DNA of 64,000 nucleotides from Bacteroidia bacterium (lineage in GTDB: Bacteria; Bacteroidota; Bacteroidia; Bacteroidales; VadinHA17): contig JAPLDX010000056.1 of the NCBI GenBank assembly GCA_026391215.1, positions 64,001-128,000 of the forward strand. Direction: 5' to 3'. The translations under genes were made by a program, and so were the position numbers. This document shows positions 28,127 through 38,526 of the stretch, one piece after another; within the stretch, counting starts at the first letter, position 1; each line of letters begins with the position of its first letter. The notes below the pieces were generated by a model. The model made no database searches. It had not been told where the DNA came from and worked only from the letters and a program-made list of their open reading frames with translations.

Positions 28127-28867
28127 ATGCTGAAAGAATCAGATTGTATTTTTGGTTTAAGACCTGTCATTGAAGCGATTAAGGCGGGGAAGCAGATCGA
28201 TCGCCTTCTTATCAGGCAGGGTCTCCAGGGCTCCCTCTACCATGAGCTGATGACAGAGGTTAAAAAATTTGATATCAACTATCAGATCGTACCGCTCGAA
28301 AGAATTGAGCTGGTGACCAGGAAGAATCACCAGGGTGTTCTGGCCTGGCTCTCGGTTATTGAATACCAGCATATTGCCAATCTCCTTCCAATGATCTTTG
28401 AAAAGGGTGAAGATCCGCTGATAATTGCTCTCGATGGCGTTTCTGACGTAAGAAATTTCGGAGCGATAGTACGGACGGCAGAATGCCTGGGAGCGCATGC
28501 AATAGTCATCCCGGAAAAGGGATCGGCAAGGATTACAGCTGATGCGGTAAAGACATCTGCAGGAGCTCTTCATACTTTTCCTGTTTGCAGGGAAAGATCC
28601 ATTGTCAGATCAATAAGTTTCCTTAAAGACTCAGGACTTAAGATAATATGCGGCGCGGAGAAATCAGGGGAAACGGCTTCAGAAACAGATCTGAAAGGAC
28701 CAATGGTGCTGATAATGGGCTCCGAGGATAAAGGAATAAGCCGTGAGCTGACTGCCCTGGCAGATCAGACAATAAAAATTCCGATGAAAGGGACCATTAG
28801 TTCACTTAATGTTTCAGTTGCTGCCGGTATCCTTCTTTATGAGATACTAAGGCAACGAAATACCTGA
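28127..28867 (+). CDS. rlmB: 23S rRNA (guanosine-2'-O)-methyltransferase RlmB (TrmH family)
   Basis: NHQGV, DVRNFGAIVRTA, MGSEDKG, SLNVSVAAG. Confidence 0.92.
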   Translation: MLKESDCIFGLRPVIEAIKAGKQIDRLLIRQGLQGSLYHELMTEVKKFDINYQIVPLERIELVTRKNHQGVLAWLSVIEYQHIANLLPMIFEKGEDPLIIALDGVSDVRNFGAIVRTAECLGAHAIVIPEKGSARITADAVKTSAGALHTFPVCRERSIVRSISFLKDSGLKIICGAEKSGETASETDLKGPMVLIMGSEDKGISRELTALADQTIKIPMKGTISSLNVSVAAGILLYEILRQRNT

Positions 28868-28868
28868 A

Positions 28869-30086
28869 TCAGGAAATAATACCCATTATCCTTTCATCAA
28901 GCATCTTCTGATCTGAAGTGAAAGATGCAAGTCCTGCAAGAGTCAGTAAGGTATCAGGTGCAACCCTGTCTTCCTTAATCATTTTTTCCCATCTCGAATA
29001 TTTAGGGATCTTGCCATCTGAGGCAAGAAATGACTTTTCCTCCTTGTTCAATAACGGGAACATATCTTCGCAACCCTCCTCATGTGCAATCCGGATCAGT
29101 TCAGGTCCGGTTGCCGGTACCTTTGAGGCAAGCCTTTCTGCAAGGTTCAGAACTTTGTCATCAACAATCCAGAATTTGTCCAGATGTGCTCCCTTTCCGG
29201 AAACCGACATATCAATTTTATAATTCTTATGCATTCGTGAGGCGAATTTACCTGTCAGTGATTTATGACCTGCTGATGCCACTTTTGGCGGCATGGTGAA
29301 AACATCCGTTCCTGCGAGCATATCAAGCTGGTTGTAGTTCCGCAAACTGGCAGCAATCAGCTTTGTTTGCCATGGATTTTTTGCCGAAAGTCCGGTAACC
29401 CAATTCTGTGAGGCAATAACCGCCATTTCTCCTGCTCCTGAACCATCACCAAGCTTGTTATCGCTGATAAATGCACCGATTCTCCCCAGAAAAACATTAA
29501 CATAATCGGGACGGGCAACTCTGGTAACAAGAACATCTTGTCTTGCGCTGAAATCAAGTGTGAAGTTAATCCTGACGCCGGCATCCTTCAGCCGTCGCGC
29601 ACCAATCAGGCCTTCAGCTGTATAGGGGACCTTTACAATGAATTGTTCCGGACAGATCTCATGAAGTCTCTTCCCGTAGTATTCAATTGCCTTGATATCA
29701 TGTGCAGTATCAGTATGCAGTTCCACGCTTACCATCCCTCCAAATCTTGAGGCGAGCCTTAGTCCATGGCGGGCATTCAGAATGAATGCAATCTCTTTTA
29801 CTTTTTCTTCAACAGGCAGCTCCCTTACCAGACTTTTTGCTTCGAAGATAAAAACATCATAGATCCCTTTTTGTATCTCATTGTTAAGCAGACTGTTATT
29901 TGTTGTCAGGGCACTCATTTCAGCTGTCCAGTTTGCCTCAGCCTCCTCCATATCGCCGGTGTCAAGCCAGAGTTCTGTTCCAGCATTTCTGAGTGATTCC
30001 CAGAACCTGTCAGGTTTGCCTGTAACATGTTTTTCGTTCAGATTTTTCCAGAGGAAATCGCTTATTCTTGTATTGAGATCTGCCAT
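28869..30086 (-). CDS. Transaldolase family protein
   Basis: LWLDTG, TTNNSL, VSVEL, IVKVP (Schiff-base Lys), INFTL, IAASLR. Confidence 0.85.
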   Translation of the reverse strand: MADLNTRISDFLWKNLNEKHVTGKPDRFWESLRNAGTELWLDTGDMEEAEANWTAEMSALTTNNSLLNNEIQKGIYDVFIFEAKSLVRELPVEEKVKEIAFILNARHGLRLASRFGGMVSVELHTDTAHDIKAIEYYGKRLHEICPEQFIVKVPYTAEGLIGARRLKDAGVRINFTLDFSARQDVLVTRVARPDYVNVFLGRIGAFISDNKLGDGSGAGEMAVIASQNWVTGLSAKNPWQTKLIAASLRNYNQLDMLAGTDVFTMPPKVASAGHKSLTGKFASRMHKNYKIDMSVSGKGAHLDKFWIVDDKVLNLAERLASKVPATGPELIRIAHEEGCEDMFPLLNKEEKSFLASDGKIPKYSRWEKMIKEDRVAPDTLLTLAGLASFTSDQKMLDERIMGIIS

Positions 30087-30140
30087 ATATTATGTTTTAA
30101 TTAGTATCATTTATCGTGCAAAATAAATTCAAAATCGCTT

Positions 30141-30228
30141 GAAAATCAATTTATTTACCCCAGCCCCAAGGGGCGTAAATTGATTTTCTTCGCTCCCCTA
30201 TGGGGTCGGGGTCAACGAAGAAAATCAA
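30141..30228. repeat. Nested inverted repeats with a REP-like CCCC/GGGG core
   Basis: gaaaatcaattta (30141-30153) pairs with taaattgattttc (30176-30188); ttgattttcttcg (30180-30192) pairs with cgaagaaaatcaa (30216-30228); core accccagccccaagggg ... cccctatggggtcggggt. Confidence 0.7.
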
Positions 30229-30355
30229 AGAAGCTATATTATCTTTCCTGATCATTTTTTTGTTTTAAAACAATTTGTCGCAAAAGTATACAAATTATTG
30301 ATCCGTTCATTGATAAATGTTAGCTTTACACTTCTGAAACCTAAATCCTTCTGCC

Positions 30356-31633
30356 ATGAGAACTTTCATTGTTTTGTTTTTTTCTTTGTTATCAGCCTTG
30401 CTGATAGGACAACAGATAAACTTTAACGATTATTTTACAGATAAAGTCCTGCGCTTTGACTTCATGCTGGCAGGCAATAGTGAAAAAACGGCTGTATATC
30501 CCGTCGGGATGAAGGAAGAACCCTTCTTCGGAGGATCAAAGACGCAGCTGAGAGATCCATTTGGCTACGGGAACTTCAAATATGAGCTTTATGATGCAGA
30601 AAAAAATATTGTCATTTATTCCCGTGGTTTTTGCTCACTTTACCAGGAGTGGCAGACAACCGCTGAAGCAAAGAGAATGGAAAGAAGCTTTTACGAGGTG
30701 GCAACAATGCCCTTCCCAAAAGGCAAATCAGTTTTTGTCCTCAGCATCCGGCAGCGAAACGGGACCTTTTCGAAGCTGTACGAAACAGAAATTGATCCTT
30801 CAGATTATTTCATAAGGAAGGAAAAACCTGTAAATGCCGCATTTACAGAGATATATACAGGAGGAGATCCGGCCACCTCTGTTGACCTGGCATTTATAGC
30901 TGAAGGTTACAAAGCAGAAGAAATGGCTAAATTCAGGAATGACGTAAAAAAGATGGCCGACTCTCTCTTTACTGAACCTGCCTTCAGTAAATACAGGGAT
31001 AAGTTCAATATATGGGCTGTGGAGGCTGTATCGGATGATTCCGGGACTGATATACCGGGAGAGAAAAGTTATGTAAGCACTGCGCTTAATTCAAGTTTTT
31101 ATACATTTGATATCGATCGCTATCTAACAACGCAGGACATCAAATCAGTTAACGATTATGCTGCTGTTGTGCCTCATGACAACATTATTGTGCTTATTAA
31201 CAGTTCAAAATACGGAGGCGGCGGTGTTTATAACTACTACAGCGGCACCACAGTTGACCATCCGTTGTCGCCTGTTGTCTTTGTTCATGAATTTGGTCAC
31301 GGATTCGCGGGACTGGCAGATGAATATTATTCATCAGAGGTGGCTTACGAAGAGTTTTATCCTCTTAATGTCGAACCATGGGAACCCAATATTACGACAA
31401 TGGTTGATTTTGAAGCTAAATGGAAAAAGATGATTCCCAAAGATATACCAACCCCTACTCCTCCTGAGGACAAATTCAGCAATGTCACCGGGTTGTTTGA
31501 AGGAGGCGGCTATTCAGCTAAAGGCATTTATCGCCCTGAGATGGATTGCAGGATGAAAAGTAACTCTCCTAAAGGATACTGTTCAGTTTGCCGCGAAGCG
31601 ACAAAAGAAATGATTGAATTCTATATCAAATAA
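30356..31633 (+). CDS. Peptidase M64 (IgA peptidase family) metalloprotease
   Basis: Signal peptide; YGGGG; HEFGHGFAGLADEY; GLFEGGGY; C-terminal CRM...CSVC. Confidence 0.9.
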   Translation: MRTFIVLFFSLLSALLIGQQINFNDYFTDKVLRFDFMLAGNSEKTAVYPVGMKEEPFFGGSKTQLRDPFGYGNFKYELYDAEKNIVIYSRGFCSLYQEWQTTAEAKRMERSFYEVATMPFPKGKSVFVLSIRQRNGTFSKLYETEIDPSDYFIRKEKPVNAAFTEIYTGGDPATSVDLAFIAEGYKAEEMAKFRNDVKKMADSLFTEPAFSKYRDKFNIWAVEAVSDDSGTDIPGEKSYVSTALNSSFYTFDIDRYLTTQDIKSVNDYAAVVPHDNIIVLINSSKYGGGGVYNYYSGTTVDHPLSPVVFVHEFGHGFAGLADEYYSSEVAYEEFYPLNVEPWEPNITTMVDFEAKWKKMIPKDIPTPTPPEDKFSNVTGLFEGGGYSAKGIYRPEMDCRMKSNSPKGYCSVCREATKEMIEFYIK

Positions 31634-32845
31634 TCAGACAAGAAATTCCCTGGGAACATTTCTCAATCTTGAAACATCTTCAATTCTTTCTTTTATATTG
31701 AATCCGGCTGTGCATTTTACACTGCAGTTCAGGCAGTTACTGCATGAATCAGCGGGGAGACCTGCTTCCATAAGAGTATGCTGTGCATGTTTAAAATTCC
31801 TGTAACCATATGCATACATATAGCTCCGCATTACGGTTGGAATTTCCAGATTATAAGGGCATTGCGGAATGCATTGACGGCATTGGTGACAATATAAACC
31901 ATTTTCAGAATCCAGGCTGGCAAGACTGAGATCTTTCAGCTCCTGATCTGTCATCTTAAGATTTTTGATCATCGCAAGATTCTTCTGCAATTCTTCCATT
32001 GAGGACATGCCTGATACAATTGAGGATATGTTTTCGTTCTGAAGCACCCATTTAAGGGCAGTATCAGAATTCAGCGGATTTACCTGGTTTTTATTGCGGA
32101 ACGCTCCTGCTGTAGTTTTCATTGCCACTATGCCCACTCCTGCTTTTGCTGCATAGGCAAGAGCTTCGTTCATCGATTCTTTATTCTCGGTCTTGTAATT
32201 ATAACCAATCATCGCCACATCATAAACTTTACTATCGGCAGCTGCGTGGAGAGCTTCTTCAATGCCTCCATGAGATGCAATACCCAGGAATTTTGTTTTA
32301 CCCTGTTTCTTAAGGTCCTGTAAAGCTTTCAGGAGGGATTCATTCAACATTACATCCCTCTTCCCGGCATACGGGAGCAAAAATATATCAACATAGTCAA
32401 GTCCGAAACGACCCAGGCTGGCTGTAGCCTTCCTTACATATGCCTCTGCATTAAACTGTGCCGGCAGATTACCTGTTCGTGTATCCATCTCATCGGGAGG
32501 TGCAGCTGTTCCAATAAAGAATGAATCTCTTGGCAAACCTTTCAATCCTTCGCCAACAAGTATTTCATTATTCCCCTCTCCATAATAAGTAGCAGAGAAG
32601 AAAAGCTTCAGACCAGCATAATATGCCGACTTCACAAAAGCAGGAGTGTTTGCTGATCCCGTTCCCATGCTGATAAGGGGAGTTTTTATCCCTGTTCTCC
32701 CTAGCACACGGACAGGAAGTTCCGGAATCTTATCCTGTTCTTCATTTCCACGTACTGAAGCTTTAAGAGATCCGGGGATCAGTGCCATACCTGATAAACC
32801 AAGCATGCTCTTTTTTAGGAATTCACGACGCTGACTATTTTTCAT
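31634..32845 (-). CDS. Aldo/keto reductase with Tat signal and C-terminal 4Fe-4S domain
   Basis: RREFLK twin-arginine signal; RVLGRTG; YGEGNNE; IVAMK; CHQCRQCIPQCP and CSNCLNCSVKC. Confidence 0.88.
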   Translation of the reverse strand: MKNSQRREFLKKSMLGLSGMALIPGSLKASVRGNEEQDKIPELPVRVLGRTGIKTPLISMGTGSANTPAFVKSAYYAGLKLFFSATYYGEGNNEILVGEGLKGLPRDSFFIGTAAPPDEMDTRTGNLPAQFNAEAYVRKATASLGRFGLDYVDIFLLPYAGKRDVMLNESLLKALQDLKKQGKTKFLGIASHGGIEEALHAAADSKVYDVAMIGYNYKTENKESMNEALAYAAKAGVGIVAMKTTAGAFRNKNQVNPLNSDTALKWVLQNENISSIVSGMSSMEELQKNLAMIKNLKMTDQELKDLSLASLDSENGLYCHQCRQCIPQCPYNLEIPTVMRSYMYAYGYRNFKHAQHTLMEAGLPADSCSNCLNCSVKCTAGFNIKERIEDVSRLRNVPREFLV

Positions 32846-32900
32846 TGGTTTTGATTTATTGATATTCAATACTTATTATATGACAAAAATACATTCTATT

Positions 32901-34625
32901 TTATTCCAGCCTCTCAAAAAGCTGTTTAGCTGTTTCAACAGGGATCTCTTTTTTACCGAGCCATGCTCCAACTTTTGCATCATTGTAACCGTTTCTTATT
33001 AAAAGATCGGCATACTCTTCGGCACTTTCAAAGGTGATGAAAGTACCCATCAGGTAGATCATAGTATTATCAGGGAGTGTTACAATTTCAAGGCCCCTTG
33101 TTCCTGCCAGCTTGTTTATGCCTTCAAGGACATCATCTTTCAAGGGTTTTAAGGATCTTACCACTTCTACCCTGAATGTCAGTGTCGGCGGAAGAGTGTC
33201 AGCAGAAGCAATCCCGGCTTCCTTTATCCGGATCAATGTTTTCTTCCCCCACTCCTTTTCAAGAGCTGCAGCTTTTTCTGCTGATACTGTTTTGCCTCCA
33301 TAGAGCGCCGCAACAAAAGCATCCTTGAATCCTTTTTTCCTGACTGTTACCAGTGCCTTATTTGCATCAGCCAGTTTCCTGAACATTCCTGCATAATATA
33401 CTTTCAGATCTTTACCTGCTACTTTAAATCCATAAACCGGGGAGATGCCTTTAAAATATGAAGAGATCACAGGATTACGGAATACTGCCACCTGTATCCG
33501 GTATATAAGTCCGGGAGGCACTTCAGGATCCATTGAAATCTTTTCATCAGAGACGCCGGCTTTAACTTCAAAAACTGAATAAACCTCAACTGGCCTGGGC
33601 CCGGCGGGAGTTTTAGCAATAGTCTTAGCAACTGAGTCTGCAAGAGGCTGAATCTCAGTTGGTTTGATAATGACTTCCTGGTTAATAGTGTCCCTGGTGA
33701 TTATTAAAGTATCCTTTACTGTATCAGCCTTTTTATCAACTATCAGAGTATCAGAGAGCTTACCTTTATTGGTTGTTGAATCTGTTGCTGCAGGGACAGT
33801 TATAAGTCCTGCAGTGAAAGGTTTTTTGTTCATTGCTGCCTGTGCTTCACTGTATTTACTGTCAGCCTGTTCCTGGAAAGAAGCTGCAAGACTTTCAGTT
33901 TCAGTAATTGCTGTCTTCACTTTTGTACGTTCTGCATAACTTCCTTTTTCCAGTCCTTTTTTCTGATCTTCAGCAATTTTGTAGAGTGAATCGGCTTTAT
34001 ACTGCAGTTCAAGAGCATCAGACAACAACTTCTCATAATCTATTGAGACAGTATCACTTACAAGGGGCGCCTTCACACGATCTTCATCAGTAGGAATGAT
34101 CTTCTTTTCCGCCTGCTGTGCTACCTGCACTGCCAGGCGGCCTTCTTTTCTTTCACATTGCTGGATGAATTCAGGAATACCCAGATCTCTGGAAGCCTTT
34201 TTACCATTGAGGTCACTAAAGGAACTATAAGATATTATCGCTTCGTTATACTTACCTGACAAGTGCTGTGCCCTCCCCAGCCAGAACATTGCATCTGCAG
34301 GGATTGTCCTGACAACGGCAGAACCCTGTTGTGCCTGTTTAAGGAGTGTCACAGCTTTTTCCGGTTCACGGTTCAGCTTAATAAGGCATACACCTGAGTA
34401 ATACTTATAAATAGGATCTTTCGGGTATGCTATCAGAAGCTCACTGAAATCGCTGGAGGCCTTTTCATAATCACCATTTGAAAATGCCTCGAGAGAAGAT
34501 TGTCTCGAAGGCTTACCTGCTTCCTGTGAAAGGATATCTGCTGATGAAAATAGAAAAGCCAGAGTCATCAGTAAACAGATGATATGACATCGTGCAATAA
34601 GGCCGGATATTATACGTGAATCCAC
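32901..34625 (-). CDS. Periplasmic TPR protein with C-terminal SPOR-like domains
   Basis: N-terminal hydrophobic signal; TPR-like helices (YYSGVC, FWLGRA); YRIQVAVF...GFKDAFV and FRVEV...GYNDAKV repeats. Confidence 0.7.
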   Translation of the reverse strand: MDSRIISGLIARCHIICLLMTLAFLFSSADILSQEAGKPSRQSSLEAFSNGDYEKASSDFSELLIAYPKDPIYKYYSGVCLIKLNREPEKAVTLLKQAQQGSAVVRTIPADAMFWLGRAQHLSGKYNEAIISYSSFSDLNGKKASRDLGIPEFIQQCERKEGRLAVQVAQQAEKKIIPTDEDRVKAPLVSDTVSIDYEKLLSDALELQYKADSLYKIAEDQKKGLEKGSYAERTKVKTAITETESLAASFQEQADSKYSEAQAAMNKKPFTAGLITVPAATDSTTNKGKLSDTLIVDKKADTVKDTLIITRDTINQEVIIKPTEIQPLADSVAKTIAKTPAGPRPVEVYSVFEVKAGVSDEKISMDPEVPPGLIYRIQVAVFRNPVISSYFKGISPVYGFKVAGKDLKVYYAGMFRKLADANKALVTVRKKGFKDAFVAALYGGKTVSAEKAAALEKEWGKKTLIRIKEAGIASADTLPPTLTFRVEVVRSLKPLKDDVLEGINKLAGTRGLEIVTLPDNTMIYLMGTFITFESAEEYADLLIRNGYNDAKVGAWLGKKEIPVETAKQLFERLE

Positions 34626-34772
34626 AAATAGTTAATTTTCAGATTATTATGAGATAGCTTAAAATATTGTTACAACTGTTTTTGTTAATAATTAAAAATC
34701 TGTTTTTATTCTGAAAACAATTCAAACTTCGTAAATTTATTTATAATCTAAAAGAGGAAAAACCTTATCTTT

Positions 34773-35861
34773 TTAATTTATCAGAACACTATTCACCATT
34801 TTACTGTGGCATTTCAATACCCGACTTTTTTCAATATCTCTAAGGCATATGCCATTGCCTAAGCAATATTTATAATTTTTACAGCTTGCGCATTGATTTG
34901 TTTTTGTCCAGTCTCTATTTCTAAACGGCTGATATTTAGTAGTCCACACGTCTATCAAACTCTCTTGAAGTATGTTTCCTTGAATCAATTTTCTATTGAT
35001 ATTTGGACAAGCAGAGATAGAACCGTCATGTAATATTGATGCAATATTTATTCCTGCCCTGCAAAAATAGAATTCATCTCTCACCACTCCTTCATAGTTC
35101 TCTAAAAATCCGTCACAACCATAGTTTATGTTTATTCCCTTTCGTTTTTTCGCATTCTTAATAAACTCTAATGTTTGGATTAATTCTTTTCCATTAATAT
35201 TCAATTCTTTATGTTTGCTTGCTCTCCCAATCGGGTCAATTGTAAATAACCTCCAATTCTTCACATTTAAGCCAATAAGCAAGTCATAAATTTTATCGAG
35301 TTCACCAATATTTCTTAATGTAACGCAGGTTGCAACATCAAATGTAATATTCTCATATTTTGAAACTAAACTTATCGCCTTAACGGTTCTATCGAAACTC
35401 AGCGCATTATTTCTAAGCCAATTGTGACTATCCTTTAGTCCGTCTAAGCTAATTGTTAGTGAAGTTAATCCACTTTCGATTAAATTAGTTAATCGTTCAT
35501 TATCCAAAAGAAAACCATTTGTTACTAATCCCCACTTATAGCCTAATTTCGAAATTTCTGAGCCGAAAATCTCAATGTCTTTGCGAATCAATGGTTCTCC
35601 ACCTGTAATTACAACATGAGGTAGTTTATTACCAACCAGCTTTTTAATTCTAGCTAATTCAATTACTATTAGCTGATAAGGTAAATCATTTGAGTTTTCA
35701 ATACCGCAATTACTTCCACAATGCAAACAACTGAAATTACATTTCAGGGTGCACTCCCAGAACAAATATTTTAAATCATGTAGTTGAGTTTGAGATTTTC
35801 TAAATGACTGGAATAGCCTTAAACTCAGCTTTTTTTGCAAATTCATTTTATTTTGCACCAT
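34773..35861 (-). CDS. Radical SAM/SPASM enzyme of the Bacteroidota rSAM/lipoprotein system (TIGR04133-like)
   Basis: LFWECTLKCNFSCLHCGS; ITGGEPL; SPASM CRAG...ACP...CASC...CLGNGIC; translationally coupled to the upstream lipoprotein. Confidence 0.88.
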   Translation of the reverse strand: MVQNKMNLQKKLSLRLFQSFRKSQTQLHDLKYLFWECTLKCNFSCLHCGSNCGIENSNDLPYQLIVIELARIKKLVGNKLPHVVITGGEPLIRKDIEIFGSEISKLGYKWGLVTNGFLLDNERLTNLIESGLTSLTISLDGLKDSHNWLRNNALSFDRTVKAISLVSKYENITFDVATCVTLRNIGELDKIYDLLIGLNVKNWRLFTIDPIGRASKHKELNINGKELIQTLEFIKNAKKRKGININYGCDGFLENYEGVVRDEFYFCRAGINIASILHDGSISACPNINRKLIQGNILQESLIDVWTTKYQPFRNRDWTKTNQCASCKNYKYCLGNGICLRDIEKSRVLKCHSKMVNSVLIN

Positions 35862-36259
35862 TACTTCGGATTTAAGACAAAATCGCAGTTCTCTAACTCG
35901 TTCGGAAGTAATTCCACTGTTTTAGTCGAATTCTGAAATTCACCATTATCAGCACCGTCAATATCTTTTGCTTCAACTGTGTATTGTTGTGGTTCTAAGT
36001 ACTCAACAACATAGTTACCAGTATTATCTGTTTTAATGGTTCTTGAATTTTCTTTTATTGAAATTTCGATATCCTTAATTGCCTCGCCCGAACCTGAAGA
36101 TGTTACTTTACCTTTTATAGTTCCTGTAATATCTGCAATATCACCATATTTGCAACACATGGTCAATAAAGAAATGCTACCAAATCCAAATGCAAAACCT
36201 GCATTTTTTAAAATTTTCCGCAGCAGATAGTCTTTTACTCTAATTTTTTGGTTCTTCAT
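35861..36259 (-). CDS. rSAM-associated putative lipoprotein (TIGR04134-like) with carboxypeptidase-regulatory-like domain
   Basis: Hydrophobic leader followed by CCKYG; KDIDGADNGEF motif; stop overlaps the rSAM start (TAATG). Confidence 0.75.
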   Translation of the reverse strand: MKNQKIRVKDYLLRKILKNAGFAFGFGSISLLTMCCKYGDIADITGTIKGKVTSSGSGEAIKDIEISIKENSRTIKTDNTGNYVVEYLEPQQYTVEAKDIDGADNGEFQNSTKTVELLPNELENCDFVLNPK

Positions 36260-36362
36260 AAATCATTCAATTTTTAATGATACACAAGGTACTTGTATAC
36301 ATAATTTGGGGGTAAAGAGTTACTTTCTTGCATCAATATTTGTTCGAATATAATCATACTTT

Positions 36363-37481
36363 CTAATCTATCTTTTTAATTGTATAGAACTCAGAAAAGT
36401 TAATGCTATATCCTAAATCCCTTTGAGGAAAGAATATCAATCCCATATGCAAAGATTCAATCAAATCTGATTTACTCCAACTTTCTCCACCATCTTTAGT
36501 TTCATAGCAAATGCTGCCTTTAAATGTTGGAAAATCACCGCCCTCATAAACCGCAACATTTTCAATATTAAATCCTTCATTTTCATCATAAAAATGCAAT
36601 GTTCCAAAATTTGTAAATGGAAAATCAGTTTTAATCCAGTTTAAACCACCGTCAACCGTTTTGTACACAGCCGTTATGCCATCAATAAATCCAATATTCT
36701 CGCTGTAGAAGTATATGTGATTAACATCATGGTATGCTTCAATGGGTGTGCTTATTGTTTCCCAATTATAACCATAATCTAAACTTTTAAATATTTTTTG
36801 GTTTTCGCCGGCAATAAAAATTATATTATCGACATAAAATAATTTATCATCGGAAGGTCTGATTGGTAAATAAATCAAATTCCAGTGTATTCCCCCATCT
36901 GAAGTAAGCGCGATATGTTCATTCTTTGAATACGGATAATTTGGAGTTTTAATAAGTGCAACACCATTTAAAGTATTAAAGAATTTTAATGATAATATTC
37001 GTGAATAATCAGGGAAAAATGTCTTTGTCCAAGTTTCTCCGCCATCGGTAGTTTTCAATAATACAGAGCCTTTGTCACAATCTGCATCCAAACAACCCCC
37101 CATTGCCTGACTTGATGCAAATCCGACATTTTCATCAAGAAAAAATACGGAATGCAAGTGTAATGTAGTTCCAGAATTCAGTTCATGCCATGTTTTCCCT
37201 GAGTCTACTGTTTTAAGTATATCTCCATTATATCCAACGACAAAACCAACACTTGAATTTAAGAAAAATATGTCCCGTGGATTTATGTCAAAACCGTAAA
37301 TCGATTTTGAAATCACCAAATCATTTACAATAATGGTATCCCCATTAATAGAAACATAAACAGACTTGTCTTCATGGTTAATAGGTTCTTTAGTACAATC
37401 GAATAATATTGTTGCAGATAAAAGAATCGCAATGTTTAATTTAAGAATAGTAAATACTATATCAAAAGTTGGTCGATGCAT
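36363..37481 (-). CDS. YCF48/BNR-repeat beta-propeller lipoprotein
   Basis: Multiple KTxDGGxxW Asp-box repeats; LFDC lipobox-like motif. Confidence 0.82.
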   Translation of the reverse strand: MHRPTFDIVFTILKLNIAILLSATILFDCTKEPINHEDKSVYVSINGDTIIVNDLVISKSIYGFDINPRDIFFLNSSVGFVVGYNGDILKTVDSGKTWHELNSGTTLHLHSVFFLDENVGFASSQAMGGCLDADCDKGSVLLKTTDGGETWTKTFFPDYSRILSLKFFNTLNGVALIKTPNYPYSKNEHIALTSDGGIHWNLIYLPIRPSDDKLFYVDNIIFIAGENQKIFKSLDYGYNWETISTPIEAYHDVNHIYFYSENIGFIDGITAVYKTVDGGLNWIKTDFPFTNFGTLHFYDENEGFNIENVAVYEGGDFPTFKGSICYETKDGGESWSKSDLIESLHMGLIFFPQRDLGYSINFSEFYTIKKID

Positions 37482-37497
37482 TTTTTTGTATTTTCAT

Positions 37498-37950
37498 TTA
37501 TTTCATTTGTTTTCCAAGATAAGTTCCATCTGGCTGCTTTACTTTTATGGTGAAGTTTTCGGGTAAAGAATCTCTATTACATAGAATTTTACGATTCAGA
37601 TACACCATAATATCTGGACAAATAGTGGCATTGACCTGAACATTTTTCCACGCTTCAATGATTACATCCCGATTTTGTCTGGAAATATTAAAGCGACTGA
37701 AACTTGAGCATCCATTGGAACTGATTGTTCCCCAAAAATTAATCTCGAACAATCCATTATATAGTAGTGTTTCGGGTGTTTCAGGGTAGCTAATTGTAAG
37801 ACTATCAACTTTTATCAGGTATTCTTTATAGATTGATTCTTTGATTGATTCTTTTGTACAGGATGTAAAGGATGTAATTAGTCCTGAGACAAATAATAGC
37901 TTAGCAGTAAATAGAAAATTATACTTACAAAAATTACATTTTGGTTTCAT
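37498..37950 (-). CDS. Hypothetical lipoprotein
   Basis: Lipobox FTSC; internal Cys pair (NGCS...ICPD). Confidence 0.7.
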   Translation of the reverse strand: MKPKCNFCKYNFLFTAKLLFVSGLITSFTSCTKESIKESIYKEYLIKVDSLTISYPETPETLLYNGLFEINFWGTISSNGCSSFSRFNISRQNRDVIIEAWKNVQVNATICPDIMVYLNRKILCNRDSLPENFTIKVKQPDGTYLGKQMK

Positions 37951-38075
37951 ATTCTTTTGATTGTAGCTGATGTTTATTTACTTATCATATTTACATTTTC
38001 GAGGAACTTTTTGTTTTTTGCATTGAATCCTTTGCCAAAACATAATCAATAATCAGGAGTATGATAATAGATTAA

Positions 38076-38456
38076 TTAATATTTCAATTTGCCACTACTT
38101 AGAGAAACTACTAAAGTGTCGTTGTCTTTATAAGCCATAACTTTAGTGTTTACTTCAAATTCTCCGCTTGGGACAGAGGTTACCCTAAAAGAAATTACTA
38201 AATCTTTATTAAAATTCTTTTTTGAATCCAATTCAACATTTGCATCAAACATCACACCGTCTCCATAAGTTCTGACAGTCACTTTATTGCCATTTGTAGA
38301 ACCCTCTAATTTCAGGTTTACCATTCCTCCAGCATTACCTAATCTAGTGAGATACCATTGAGAATTTGTAATGTTAAGTGTAGCAGGACTATTATTTTCT
38401 TTTTCAGAACAAGAAGCAAATACAATAATTGCCAAAAGAAATACTATATTTTTCAA
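38076..38456 (-). CDS. Hypothetical lipoprotein
   Basis: TTG start, KNIVFLLAIIVFASC lipoprotein signal. Confidence 0.72.
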   Translation of the reverse strand: MKNIVFLLAIIVFASCSEKENNSPATLNITNSQWYLTRLGNAGGMVNLKLEGSTNGNKVTVRTYGDGVMFDANVELDSKKNFNKDLVISFRVTSVPSGEFEVNTKVMAYKDNDTLVVSLSSGKLKY

Positions 38457-38526
38457 AATTTATGTATTATTTAATAATACAATTATCATAATCGAGAATC
38501 CAATTTTTTTCATTGTATTACCAACG

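Noticed and set aside
37479-37497. A7 run between an out-of-frame ATG (37497) and the YCF48-like start as a phase-variation switch
   Set aside because: The run is short, the DNA is AT-rich, and the gene has its own in-frame ATG downstream of the run.
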